From assembly GCA_045837725.1 (NCBI GenBank), contig JBEWZL010000265.1, forward strand, positions 1 through 64,000: DNA of 64,000 bases, in the 5' to 3' direction. The position numbers and the translations under genes were made by a program. This DNA is from Vermamoeba vermiformis. Its lineage: Eukaryota. The notes under the pieces were generated by a model, which worked only from the letters and a program-made list of their open reading frames with translations, searched no databases and had not been told where the DNA came from. Each line of letters starts with the position of its first letter. Position 1 is the first letter of the stretch. Below, in pieces: positions 38,836-52,600 of this stretch.

Positions 38836-41355
38836 CTAGTTTACAGCTCCAACGGACTGCATTTCTTTTTCGAGCATTCGCTTTCTAATCAAAACTCCCG
38901 CCGTAATCGCAGCTCCTGCCGCAACAACACACGCGACTATAATTACTGCTAATTGCCAGTCTAACAGTTGTCCAGTATTATCTCCTATTAAATCGGCCGT
39001 TGGGGTCTCGGTATTGCATGTTTGTTTCAACGAAAATAAAATTGAAAGCAAACCAGGACCGTTCTTCTGATCAGTTTGTACGATGGCGCATGGAACTACA
39101 AAATAATCCAATTAATACAGGAAATGGATGTGAAAACTAATTACATACATTGGCCGGGATTAGAGATGGAAATAATTCCGAAGTCGTTTGCGGTGTCGCA
39201 GAGAGGACTGTACGTAACAACAGTTCGATTCAATACGCCATTGTTCTCCAGCTCTTCTATCTCTTCGGGAGTTAGCGTGACTACCAACGACGATTGATTT
39301 TTGATATCCACACATCCGTATACACTGATAGTAGTTCCGTTGACGACTAACAGGCCACTATCGGTCACTTGCAAGTCTCCGTAAATGATCACTGGATTGT
39401 TAACAGTCGTGGTTGAATTGACGGTCAAGCTGCCGTTCACAACCCACACAGAGTTGCCATCAATAACCGTGCATTCGGCAAGCTCAGCGGGCTTTGGAAA
39501 CGTGCAATCTAGCGATGATATTAGTACGACTGTTAGCACGAGACAGAACGCTACGCGTGGACTTACAGCTATCACACGTGTCTCCAGAATAGCCCGCGTT
39601 ACATGTGCATTCGTTCGGGCCAGTACAACTTCCACCTTGACTGTTGCACGCAGATGAGCAATAGAACGTATCGCACAAATCGCCTTGCCAGCCTGCCAAA
39701 CAATTGCATTCACCGGCGACTTGGCAAGTGCCGTATTGACATCCCTGCTTGCAAATTGCTTTTGAAACGTTAGCAAGTCAGAGAGGCACAATTCCGAGTA
39801 CTTACTCTCATTGCAATCCTTTCCAGACCACCCTGCATTGCAATTACATTCTCCGGGCAAGTTGCACGTAGCTCCTGCCGTATTGCACGTGGGAGAACAT
39901 ACAGCTGGAAGAGACGTCAGTCAAGCTCGAGCTTCGAGTTCAACTTCATACCTGCATCACACAAAGAGCCTTGCCATCCTGTGTTACAATCGCAGCCTCC
40001 AGGGTTCGAACAGCCTCCATTCGTGCATCCAGTAGCGCATATCGGTACATCGCAAAGTGTGCCAGACCAACCAGGAGAGCATACGCACTCGCCAGGGTTC
40101 GAACAGCCTCCATTCTTGCATCCAGTAGCGCATATCGGTACATCGCAAAGTGCGCCAGACCATCCAGAATTGCATATGCATTGGCCCGGGCTCGAACAGC
40201 CTCCGTTTTTGCATCCAGCAGCGCATATTGGCACAGTGCAAAGTGTGCCAGACCAGCCAGAAGAGCATACGCAGTCACCAGGCTGCGAACAGCCTCCATT
40301 CACGCATCCGGTGGCACAAATCGCTAATGTATTCTTTTTGTTAAACACTAGTGTATTATGACTAATCTTAAAGATACGTACCTGAGCCACAATTGGCGCC
40401 TGTCCAGCCGTCAGAACAGCTGCAAAACATGCTGGTGCCAATATCGCGGCAAGCGCCTGATGAAGTGGCGCAAGCAGGTCCGCAAGAGGCTGTAAAGTAT
40501 TGTTAGAAACGCTAAAGTAGGTGAAGATTGTCTCCTTCTTGCCTCCAGTGCAGGTCACGCCGATCGAACTGCGAATTGTGGTTCCATCGGTTTCGAGTAT
40601 GCTGAAAAAAAGGAATAAGTACTGTGTCATAGTTATTATGCATGCTTACCTAACATCGCGCACGAAAAACGTTCTAGGTCCGATATTTCCTGGTGCGACG
40701 ATGCACGAGAAAGCCAGAACAAGTTGCCTTGCAAAGACGAATTAGCACCTCTATTATTACTCCACTAATGGTTACTCACCTTCCCGCATATTGGTAGGGG
40801 ATAGAGAATTTTCTTGTGTACCATTTCTTATACGTGTAGAAGGGAATAAGCTGAAATTCAGATCAGTTACGTATTTTTTTTGTACCAAAATATTGTAGCT
40901 TGCAAAAATGGTAATTATATTATATTATATATTGGACACTGTCTTACGGATGTTGGATCATTCGCGAGACCGTTCTGGTCTAGAACACCTGCATCTTGCA
41001 AGAAAACATAAGTACCGCCTCCACTACTATCATAGCCAATGTCAACAGTGCATTTAACATCAGTCTCCTCGTGCCACATTGAATATTGAAAATAATTGCT
41101 AGAGCCCGCAGTTGCTGAGATTGTAAATCCCTTTCTAATTGTAGAGAGCGCTTGCCCGCAATATACAGTATTAATGTCGACCTGCGTCCTTATGGGGTCA
41201 CCTCCAATAATCATAGTATTTGATGGGCAACTTTGAGTCGTTGAGATTGGAGAATTGAAATAAAACGGGTCGCATCCGAATCCGCTTGCAAATCCGGTAA
41301 ACAGTACTACCAAGACCGCATATAATAGTACGGTGCTGTATTGTTCTTCCTTCAT
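38836..41355 (-). CDS. EGF-repeat type I membrane protein
   Basis: Signal peptide, multiple CxxGCxNGxCxxPxxCxCxxGWxGxxC repeats, TM segment IIVACVVAAGAAITAGVLI followed by RKR. Confidence 0.85.
39955..40322. repeat. About four coding tandem repeats of 93 bp (31-aa EGF units)
   Basis: GAACAGCCTCC and GCGCATAT recur with a 93-bp period. Confidence 0.85.
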
Positions 41356-41614
41356 TGTGCGAAATGAATGACAGACAAGTCCCGAAAATAATTTGTCCCA
41401 GTGCGGAGGGCGAGTGCGGAGAAGAGCTGGAACAATTTTCTAATTGAGTAATAGTACATTTTTTATGTGCACCACGCTACAGATGGATCTTTACCTCTAT
41501 TAATGCATGACGCCAACGTAGAGGATTGAACTTCAGTCTCTGCACCTTAATCTAACGAGAACCAGAATCCGTTGCGGCGAATGATCTCGGTCAATTTAAG
41601 GAGCGAAATGAGCT

Positions 41615-42595
41615 TCACTTCGATACCTCATACACCACTGTATAATGATACGGTGTTGGCAGGTCAGGTTGATCTACCAACTTGAATCCGGCTTGTTTGA
41701 GCTCATCTGTAACTTGATCTGGAGACAGCTTGGTTGCCTCTGGAGGACCCACTATATCATATTATTAGTATCAATAGCAATAGGTACTATTATCGAAGGT
41801 ATGTCCGCGTACTCGGCAGTTGGCCAGGCTTCCAATCGATATTCACGATTCGTCCGTTCGGTTTTAACTTGCTTTGCAGTTTTTTAAAGTAACTGCACGT
41901 GCAAGTGTTAGTATATATTAATAGATATAAGAACGGTCCTCCTACTTGACGCGATCTTCGATGTGATGGTACGTATTAACCAAGAAAATAAAATCCACCG
42001 GCTCGGGTATCATAGGATCGTCGGCGTGGGCCTAATACATAATATGAGAATAATAGATTAAGGTGAGACGTGCATAATTACCAAAACAGGAATAATGTTC
42101 GCAAAATTGTTTTCAGAAACTCGTTTTTTCAAGTGCTCAGTCATCTCAGGCGTAGTGTCGCAGCTATAACATGTTTTAGAAATGTAAGTGTCGATATTAG
42201 GTGTGGCTTACCTATACACACGGCCTTGAGGAGAAGCTCTGGCGATCTTAATCGGGAAATAACCTGAAAAAATGCAATTTAATTTCTAAAATGTAAAAAT
42301 ATTATCAAATTACCATACCTGTACCTCCACCGATGTCAGCGGAAATACTATCATTTTTAATTCCCACTCTTTGTAAAACTAATTCGGGTTGTTGATACGA
42401 GTCTCGATCTGGACTGTCAAAAAACTGCGTCCACCTCTCTACGTCAGAAAAATCATGCTTGTGTCCATGATGATGGTGTCCATGGTCATGATGCTCGTGA
42501 TGATGCTCTTTGTGGTGACCGTGATGTCCGTGATCTGATCGGTGTTCCTCGTGTCCATCCTTATGCTCATGTTTGTTACTATGACCACCCTCCAT
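41615..42595 (-). CDS. Class I SAM-dependent methyltransferase with His-rich N-terminus
   Basis: HHGHHKEHHHEHHDHGHHHHGHKH, DRDSYQQPELVL, ADIGGGTGYF, NTYHHIED, GPP. Confidence 0.85.
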
Positions 42596-42802
42596 GGTAT
42601 TGATATTGCGACGCGCTTTTATTGACTGCGCGAAAAAATACTCTCGCCAAATCCTGGCCAGCACGTGACGGCGACTTATTCCCGCCCACACAAAAATTTG
42701 ACCGTTATTTATGGATTTAAATTTTCTCGCTGCCAGCCATTTACTATTATTTTATTCCGAAGCACAACACCAAACCGATTAATATTGTATCGAGTGTTAA
42801 CA

Positions 42803-43252
42803 ATGGGCAACCTCACCGCAGCTCCAAAGACAGTCACTCTCTCGACCGAGAACAAATCTGCTCAACAAGTCGATGTTGAAAACATGCCCATCAATTCTCA
42901 GGCACCAAACACGCCCGTAGCAACAGGCAAAATTCTTCTGGTAGACCCTCGATCTCCTAGCGCAAAGAGAACGCCCTTGAGCGAACGTGAAGCACGAGAA
43001 CGAAATACTCCCTCATCGCAGAAGAAAGGACGACGCAATTCAGCTCAAGTCCCTCGCAAATTGCAATTCACTAATGGTACTCCTACTCGTCCTCGCTACG
43101 CATCGATGAGCGGCGTTCCTGCTTCAGCTGATCCTGAAAACTACGCGATCTACTACGACAGCCCTCAAAAGAGCTTAGGCAAGGGAGACTTCGGTACTGC
43201 TGATTATATGATCGAAACTCACTCGAGCACGAAAATGCTTGCTCAAATCTAA
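42803..43252 (+). CDS. Small disordered protein with MG start and CDCA3/Tome-1-like DPRSP...RTP motif
   Basis: Single exon; MGNLTAAP, VDPRSPSAKRTPL, several S/T-P sites. Confidence 0.6.
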   Translation: MGNLTAAPKTVTLSTENKSAQQVDVENMPINSQAPNTPVATGKILLVDPRSPSAKRTPLSEREARERNTPSSQKKGRRNSAQVPRKLQFTNGTPTRPRYASMSGVPASADPENYAIYYDSPQKSLGKGDFGTADYMIETHSSTKMLAQI

Positions 43253-43543
43253 GGTAATTGGCATTAGATTTGGCCAGTTTGGATTAAATTACGAACTAGC
43301 CGTTAGCCGTCAATTACCCGAATAATTTTGAAAATCCCTTTGTAATATAGAACGGTAATTGACTCGCGTATTTAAGTAACGCGAGCCAATTGCTAATGTT
43401 AATAAATTCCAATTATCCAAATGACTACGTCTAATTTTTGTTCTTGATCTTATCAAAATCTTTTTGGGTTTATTTACACTACTTACATTTATTGTGCCAC
43501 GTTTACTATGGCACTATCATAGAGAGTATCGACGTGTGATGCT

Positions 43544-45991
43544 CTACTGTTGTTGACAGCTCACTTGGCCTCCACCGTCCTCCTCATCAGATCCGTACAT
43601 GGCTTGGTTTCGGTAAGCTTCGATGTTGATCTGTCTAATTCTATCTCGTCTATGCTTTTTCTTTGCAAGGAGTTCCTCCGTCGGATAGTCACCCATAGGT
43701 CCCCAAAGCTTGATCTAGTAAGGCAGGTAAGCCACAGAAAATCTAATGAATCCGGATTTGCTTTCGACTTACCTCTGTGTCGATACCACTCGAAGCTATC
43801 ATCGGGATATTAGGATGTCCGACGACACAATTGACTATGCTCTTATGTCCCTCGAGCACTTGAACGAGCTCGCCAGTGGCTTTGTCCCAAATGAAAACTT
43901 TGGCGTCATCCGATCCCGACATGACGTACTCAGAGTTTGGGCCATAGAAATTGACTCCTTTAATAGTAGATGCGCTGAAGTGACCTTGGAACATCCTCTT
44001 GTAGGTATTGAGAGCTGGTAAGACCTTAGGAGCCGAGTGGAAGTCTTGATTTTGATTCGCTGTTCCACCCGATGCCGTCGGACTGTTAGGTGAATGGACG
44101 TTTAAATTGACTGCTTCTTGGACACTGGATGACAGTAGACATTAGCTGATGTCGTTTTAAATGCTCGGGAAGTTTACCTTAAGTAGTTGTGCGAGACGAG
44201 GTACGCGGCAAGAGACGCCATTTGAATCTCGCTTTGAGACAGGCCGGCACTGATGACAACGGTTAAATATTGTTAAAATAACTATATGATAATGGTTACC
44301 TTAGTGTCTTTTCAATCTTCGGAATGGGTTCTGGATTAGTGCTCTCGGTATCCATCAAATTGCTCGTGGCTTGTTGAAGCATTTTTTTGCGCTCTTCGAG
44401 ACTAGCGGAGTAATCCAAATCATATCTAACTCGAATTAGTCATGTGCATATATGTAGACAATTTGCTTACAGCTCTTCGTAGTTTTTGTTCGTGTCGAAT
44501 GTGTAGATCTGCTCGCTCAACGCTGTTGATACAATCTCAGATCCGTCTTTGCTAAACACACAGCCGGTGACTTCTCGACTAGTTTCAGATTAGTAAGTAT
44601 GAATGGATCATTGGAGTTGATTATGCTTACTGTGACGGTTCATCAACTTCAAAGTTGCGATAGATATTGATGTAAGATTTCGACGGTGAACAGTCATCAA
44701 TCTTTCTCAAATCAAACAGCTGAACATTGCCTTGGGAACTGCCGACGATAAATTGTTGGCCTTGACTCGGATTGAAGTCGACGCTGTACAGCACAACACC
44801 GACATTTCTGTTGTGCCTACGATATTGGATTATTATGCTAGCGGCAGAGGCGAGAAGTCTACCACATAAACTTACCGAGTAAATGAAGAGTCGCGCCTCC
44901 AATCTAACACTAACGAAGCAGTATTACGCGGGTGACCTTCCCATCGCGATGCACGACCACCGCCAAAAGCCTACGGGAACGTTGTTAGACAACTTTACTT
45001 GCATTCACGGGTTTAACGTATCCTTACCTGCGGCAACACCATCTCTTCAAGTGCACTATCATCGTCGCTACTGAATGAGTGGGTCTTTGTGTCAGAATAC
45101 TTTTGTCGCACGTCAAACAGGCGAACGGTTCCTGTTGTTATTAGCACGAGATTGTCATACGGAGCATATTTCTTACCATCCGCCGAGGCAGTCAAAAAGC
45201 AATCGGGCATTGACGGACACACGCTCAGTCGTAGAATTTTCTTCGCGTGGTGCTGATAGATCGTACATTCGCTGCGCTCCAAGTTATAATGGCGAACATC
45301 TGCGTCATTGCCGCCAGATATAATATCGCTACGGTGCCGAGTATTAGCGAGATTCGCTACGAGTAATTATTGCACTGCTTACCGATCAGCTTTGTGAGGC
45401 AAAAAGTCGCCAGCAAACACGTTGGAAATGTGACCACTAAATTATGTTAGAAATTCGACTGCCAAATATCTTTCACGTACGATAGCGTCTGTAAGCATTT
45501 TCTAGTTTGTACATTCCATATTTTTAAAGTTCCGTCGTCTGATCCGGAAACTAATAGACTTCCCGCAGAATTAAAGCTGATCACGTTTACGCATCCCTTA
45601 ATAATGGCAAGAAATTAATTTTGATATTTAATGAAATAATTTTTGTGGTACGTACCCTATGTCCTACTAAATCTCCGACATTTCCTAAGGTTTGAATATT
45701 TCTGTCTGACTTGTTGACTTTAGATCGAAAGGAGAAGGGCGACTGCAATAATTTCATTAATTTTTGTTAAATAATAACGATGAGTCTCGCATATTATTGA
45801 GGGGAAAGCAAGTTCTGAAATTGAAAATTTTGTGAATAATGAACTAATAAAATGATGGGCTACCAACATGCAGTGCTAATAGCATTTACGCAATTTAACA
45901 AAATAACAATATTTAATACCTCGTCAATTGAATTATATTCTCGTGTTGCAATTTGGTTGTAGATGTTTCGTGGCTTCCTCGGAACAAACAT
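43544..45991 (-). CDS. DCAF8/WDR42A-like WD40 protein
   Basis: GHRGCVNVISF, SGSDDGTLKIW, FQGH...IKGVNFYGPNSEYVMSGSDD, ASSGID, C-terminal CQQQ. Confidence 0.85.
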
Positions 45992-46226
45992 TCTTAACAG
46001 GTGCTTAAGTGGTTATAATAATTAAACGAATGGTCGATTTCATGGTCACATCGGACGCGTGATGTTGGTGCTAGTTTCACCAAAATTTCAGACAAATTGC
46101 CGAGATCGAACAAAAATGCAACTTTATTGTCGATTTCAAGCGAGCTCTTATATCTCGCTGTGAAGACCTTAAAGCTACTAGCTACTACTATATTACAAAT
46201 TGGTTGGAAGGGTGGCTCACTGCGAG

Positions 46227-49200
46227 TTATCTAACTTTGCTCTTCAAAAGATTTGCACGTGTGGTTCCGTGGATTGCATAATAAGAAACGGGTTTTCTTT
46301 TCAATAAAGCGGGACTCTTGGTGGCTAGGTTGGTCGGTACTCGGGTTGGGTTTACTTTGGTCACTGATACTGCTGGTTTAACTGGCGTCGGGATCTTGCC
46401 GGTAATGGGTGCCTAAGTGCAAGTTAGCATTCAATTCTCGAATACAAATGAGTGAAAACATACTCTCGCAGCCTTGGCAAAACGCAAACCAGTCTTCAGT
46501 GACAGAGGTGCAGCAGGATTAGCGCTGTTAGTAGATTCGGCGTGATCTGCAGGTTTTGTGACTCGAACACGCGGTGGAGGAAGTCTCGATTCGAAGGTGA
46601 CTTGCTTAACTGCCTTGGGTGCGTTCTCTGTGCGAGGCATGGCAGCAAGTGTCATTCTGCGACCAGGAGATTTGCCGATCGACTGAGGAGTTTGAGGCAC
46701 GTTGTTCGTGATGTCTCTGATCGGTGAATTGAACTCCTTGTTATTGTTTCTACCGCTGTGTTGAGGGCTGTTTCTTGGAGAACGACCTCGTCCCTGGCGA
46801 TTAGGACTCGGCTTTTTGTGTCCATGATGCGGTGATCTCTTGCGCTGTGGTGTGCTCTCTTGTTGAGGTTCGACAGCTTGTCTAAGCATCGATTGGAAAC
46901 TGTAAGCAGGAGTAATCGGTTGGCCGAGTTGAATAGTGCGGGTGGGAGACTTGACGGTAGTTTGTGGGGACATAGTGCGAGGCTTGAGTTCTGCTGTTTT
47001 GTTTCTGCTTGGTGACTCGAACATGTGTCCAAACTTGGCCAGCATCTCAACGGGAACTGCATCGCGTTCTGAATTTGAAGTTAGAAGAGTAACTTAAGGA
47101 ATGGCGAGGCTAATTACCTTGCAAAGCGCGCATTTGATAACTAACGAGTTCGAGCAAGTCTTTGTTTTGTTGCTCAAGTTGCTTAATGGATTGGTCCTTG
47201 GCCTTCAATTCGATGTCTTTGTTGAGCTTTTCGAGTTCGAGCCAGTGCACGGTGACATCGTGCGTAATTTGATCGCGATTAGATTGGTTCTTAACACGTC
47301 GGGGCATTTCATCAAAGATCTGTTTTGTTCGGTCGGCTAGAGGTATCATTACATTAGTACCAGGCAAATAAAGGCGATATCGTGCTTACCGTTCGTTTGA
47401 AGACGCTTAATAAGTGAGTTCTTCTCGTTTTCAATCTCTAACGGATCAAAAGAGGCGATCTCGTTTTTGAGTTGCTTAATACGAGTTGGAGTGGAATTGA
47501 TTGTTCTGGAGCTAATGCTATTATGGGCATTGAATTGATGTAACGCAGCTGCTTCGAGCCTTGTCTCTCTTTCCCAACTGTTGAAGCGTTAATAATGTTA
47601 TTTATGCGCGTGAAGGACTTACTTAGCAACCTCAGCGATCTTCGCTTGGTGCTGTGCCACTTTGCGCTCCTCTTTTTGAGCCAACTCTTCAAGAGCTTTT
47701 TGTACTGACGTGCGTTCGTTGACGTAATTCTGGATCTCTTCGCGCAATTGATCAGCAGCATTCTTCTCCTTTTCTTTGTCAACAGCAGAAACAGGAGCGA
47801 CTCCTGTGAATATTTAGTGAGTTGTACTCGAGTACAGTTATATCGTTACACGTACCTTGAGCTTCGTAAATTTGGATCTTATTCTTCAGTTCACGAATCT
47901 CATTACGAAGTTCGTTGATGATATCACGGTATTGTCCAACGTGGAACTTAACGTTCAAAACATTGCGTGTGACCTTAGTCTTAATATTTTTGGCCCGGTT
48001 TGAATACGTGAGTGTGTTGAAGGTGTCCTCGTAGGTTAAGCTAGAAGGACTGATGGCAGCAATCATAACAGTCTTGCTGTTACCACTTAAAGAGTCCTAT
48101 TGAATTATTAGACAAGTGCTGCTTAACAAAACAACAGTTGTGCTGACCTTCAACAGACGAGTGAGCTTGGAGTTTCTGTAAGGCACATATTTGCCCTCTT
48201 TGTAGCCTTGGCCCAAAGCGTTGATACAGTTGCCGAGAGCCAGTAGAGATTTGTTGATGTTAGCACCTTCTACGAGACGAATGCCTTGATTCTTCGTACG
48301 AGCAGCACGCTCGGATCCGGCCAAATCGATCAACGACAACTTGCCAACCTTGACATCGGCAGCAATATTAGCAGTTCGATCTGTTTGACGGATGGTAATC
48401 TAATACGCGACGTGGTTAGAATTGAAAGATTTCGTCAAGTCTAGGAGGGGTCATACTTGAAACACTGCGTGGGATCTAGATGATTCTTTGTTCGCATCGG
48501 TAGGATGTTGGCTACGACGAGCATTGCCGATAGCGAGCAACTCCATGACTTCTTCTACACTCGTAGGGACTTGAGATGACAGTCCGGCAATGGTGCACGT
48601 GCCTTAAACTCATTAATCGACCGAACAATTTCGAATTCAATTAAAATTGTAAGCATACCTTTATCACCATCCTCGCGAAGAGCTAACGGCTTAGAATTCT
48701 CGACCAATAAATCTCTAATTGTTTCGTTGTAAATTTCCATGTAAGACACGCTGAGGTGGTATTGTCTTTCTGATTTGTTGTCCGCAATAGCGTGAAATAG
48801 GTCTCGCATAGTTAGAACCATAATACCAGGATGTTGGGGGTTGCCGATCATAGTAAATGTTTTACCAGCACCTTAAACGACAAAGCCGATCAGAATGTGA
48901 GACTTGAAACCGAAAATCAAACTTGCTTACCAGTAGCTCCGTAAGCAAAGCATGTGCAATTGTAACCCGCGAGAACGTCTTGAATGAGGCGCTTTGTTGT
49001 GTGTTCATAGATTTCGTGTTGAGGAGCATACTGATCGAAAACTCGATCGAAAGCGAACTTGCAATCTTTTCGTCTATTAGAGTGGTTGGGAACACCACGA
49101 GGTACAATCTTTAAATTAGGTATTAGAAATACTCTGCGATATTTTCGTCCAACTGGTAGGTACCTGATTCATATCTACTGGATCAAAAATAACGACGTTC

Positions 49201-49386
49201 TCATCCAAAATTTTGATAATAGGCCTGTACATAGCCTTTTCTTCGTCTGTTTCCGGACGGCACCTTTAATTATTGTTAGACACAAGCCAGATTAGGAATT
49301 AATATCAAATTATAAAATTACCTAACAGCCACGATAATATTTGGATTATCGTTTCCTTTATCAATCTGAATCGTCGAGTCTTCCAT
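46227..49386 (-). CDS. Kinesin-8 family motor (KIF18/KIF19-like)
   Basis: [79 protein letters not shown]. Confidence 0.92.
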
Positions 49387-49659
49387 TATAGTTCTTATTC
49401 ACAAATATATATTACAGTGGCGCCGATCGACAAAAGGACCTCGGCCAATAAACAAGTAAATTATACTGCAGGTGGTGTATATGATAACACCTGAACAGTT
49501 GTGTCTCGTTGATAAGTATCGATAACTGACGCGAGATAGAGTGAAAAAAATTTAAGTTACCGTTAATATTCAAATCTCGCTTAACCGATTTTTGGCGGGC
49601 TAATGATTTTTTTTTGTTCGTCGCGAAAATTCAGCTCGTGTCATCAGGATAGTTTGACG

Positions 49660-52600
49660 ATGACGAGCACACGTCTATTAAGCTACATCATAGGCATACT
49701 ATGCATTGCCGCTACGGTGATTTGTACCGGTGAAGCTGGTAAGTTTCTGAAACTGATCCGGATTTAATACTAGTAGAATATCTCAACAATCACTTCTTTG
49801 ATCAAAACATTAATTAATACCTTGTAATCTTTTAGGACAAGATTCGCTATTAAATGTTTTCGTTGTTCCTCATTCGCACGATGATGTTGGCTGGGTCAAA
49901 ACTATAGAAGTATTTATAATTAAATTATGCCCCATAAATTATAATTTTAATCATGTTATTATTGAGGATTATTACGAAAGTGAAGTGCGCTTCATTTTAT
50001 CCACAACTGTTGACACTTTAATGCAAGCTCCCAATCGCAGGTTTATCCAAGTAGAACAGTACGTTGATACTTTATGAAATCTTGTTTAATTGCGTACAAA
50101 GGGGCTTCTTCACGCTGTGGTGGAACGACGAAAGAACGACTGACCAGCAGCGCCAGAATCTCAAGTTCCTCGTAAAAAACAAACAATGGGAATTTGTTAT
50201 TGGTACGATTGAAAGGCAGGTGTATCAGCAAACTCTTTTGACACGTGCATTTAAGGTGGCTGGGCGATGCAAGACGAGGCGTGCTCGACTTACAGTGCTG
50301 ATATTGATCAGGTGAGCTCGTCCATCGACGTTTTAATAACACGGCACTAAACTGACACCCGAATAGATGACTGAAGGGCACCAGTTCTTGCTAGACACCT
50401 TTGGCGTGACACCAAGATTAGGCTGGCAAATCGATCCATTCGGAGCTTCAAGCGTAACACCAACATTGTTCGCAATGATGGGCTTTGATGGTCACGTAAT
50501 CCAAAGAATTAACTGGCAAACAAAGGTATGGTAATTAATCGTCTGAACGACTGTGTTTCATTTTTTGCTGTGCGACGGACAACACAAGGCGCTGTAGTTA
50601 AGTGGTAAAATTCTTGCTTAGGGTGCAAGAGGCCCCGGTTCGATTCCGGGCAGCGCCCCACTAATTTTTTGCCTTTTGTCCTCCGATGCAAGTTCTTTGA
50701 TGGCTTTGCCTAGAGTGCCCTCTGTAGTGTGATTTTTACGTTCAATATTAATTTACCCGTACCCAGAAAGCGATGATGCAAAACAAGACTATGGAATTCG
50801 TTTGGCAAGGTTCGCCGAGTTTAAAGCAAAAGACTCAGATTTGGACGCACTTGTTGGACTACAACTACTGCGCGCCAATGTTACAGTAAGTATTTCTTTG
50901 GTCAATGACAATTTGGACTAATCTGATCCGCTCCGTAGAGGCTTCAATTGGGAAGGCAACCCTTTGAGCAATCCGTGGATAACCAACAATAACGTACACA
51001 ACCGTAGCATGGAGTTTGCTCGCCTTATTAAGGTATTGGTACATTCTACTTGGTCAGATCTGACCGTCTTAAAATCGCAGGAAAAAACCAACTGGTACAA
51101 GTCAAAGAACATTCTGATTCCTTGGGGCTGCGACTTTGCTTTCCAGGACTCGCTCGTTCAATTCATGAATATGGACAAGATCATCGACTACATTCATTCA
51201 AACCCGAACATCTTTGGCATGAACATCAAGTACGCCTTGTTGAGCGAGTTCTTTGACGCTGTAGCAAATGACACTACGACCACTTGGCCCGTGCTTGGTG
51301 CCGTTGATTTCTTCCCTTACGACGACAACGATAACAGTTGGTGGACTGTAAGTTCGTTCATGAATAACTGACTGGTATCTAATGACGTAAAAGGGCTACT
51401 ACACTTCTCGCAATCAATTGAAGGGTCTTGTGCGACACAGTGAACATCTTTTGCGCACATCAGACACGTTGTTCACAGTGACCCAAGCCAAGGCACCCAT
51501 GGACAGTGCCGCTGCCTACAAACAAATTGATGTGTTGCGACAAGCTGAAGCTGCAGTGCAACATCACGATGGTGTCTCGGGCACGGAGAAGGACTTTGTC
51601 GTCGACGACTATTCAGCTCGTTTGTTCAACGGTGGAAATCAAGCTATGAACGTGAGTCACCAGATCCGCACGGCTTCGTTATTCATCACTAACACGTACT
51701 AAAGGTTACGTTGACTGCTCTTGGTTTATTAGTTAACTCCACGAACCCCGCTAAGTTCACCAACAACACTGACTTGCTCTTGAACCTCAGAGTTGGCAGG
51801 GTAAGTCAGTTTATCCTCCTAATATTCCGCAACTAACCTTCACAGACTGTCTCTTTTGTCGCCTACAACAATCTTGCTTGGAGTCGCACGGCTGTCATTC
51901 GATTGCCGTTGAACAGAGTTGACATCACTGTTCTTGACAGCAACAACAACGTTGTTAATTTCCAAGTATGTAGTTGAAGGAGTCGTATTAGTCCATACTA
52001 ATGTACTGCAGATCAACAACGCCTCGTCTGACACACCTAATGGCAAGTACGCATTATTCGTGCAAGTTCAACTGCCTGCTCTCGGCTACAACACGTACTT
52101 TATCAAGGTGACTGGCACTGTGCCCAACAACAACATTGCCGTCATCACAACCCCAACCAACGGTGTCATCATTGAGAATCCGTTCTTGCGTGTCAGCTTC
52201 GACTCCAACACGAACCTGATCACCCAAATTATCAACAAGAAGTCCTCGATTAACATTGAGGCTCAACAACAGGTACGCAGCCAATAGACTTACGACAAAA
52301 TCTAATTAACATTGCAGACTCTTGCCTACACGAGCTATTCAAGCGGTGGTCAGAACTCGGGCGCGTACATCTTCCGTCCAACAGGCCCTGCTTCGCCCAT
52401 CAACGGCAACGTTGCGCCTCGCCTCACAGTTCAAACTGGACCTTTACTCAGTGAAGTGGTGCAAGTGTTCAGCGATGTCATTAATCAGGGCCCTTCATAC
52501 TTTACTCTGATCACAAGGTCCGCAAATTAATTCTTAAAGTAACCGTCTAACAATCGTGTCTTCAGATTATACAACGTTGATGAAATCTCCGTCGGCAACT

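Noticed and set aside
39946-40361. ORFs in nearly all frames over the EGF repeats
   Set aside because: A by-product of the 93-bp coding repeat; only the Cys-rich frame is meaningful. Not a CRISPR array (no unique spacers).
45018-45025. U12-type donor motif GTATCCTT
   Set aside because: It lies antisense to the WD40 gene and overlaps an ordinary GTAAG donor.
50509-50691. 60-aa minus-strand ORF
   Set aside because: Antisense translation of the tRNA-Pro gene.
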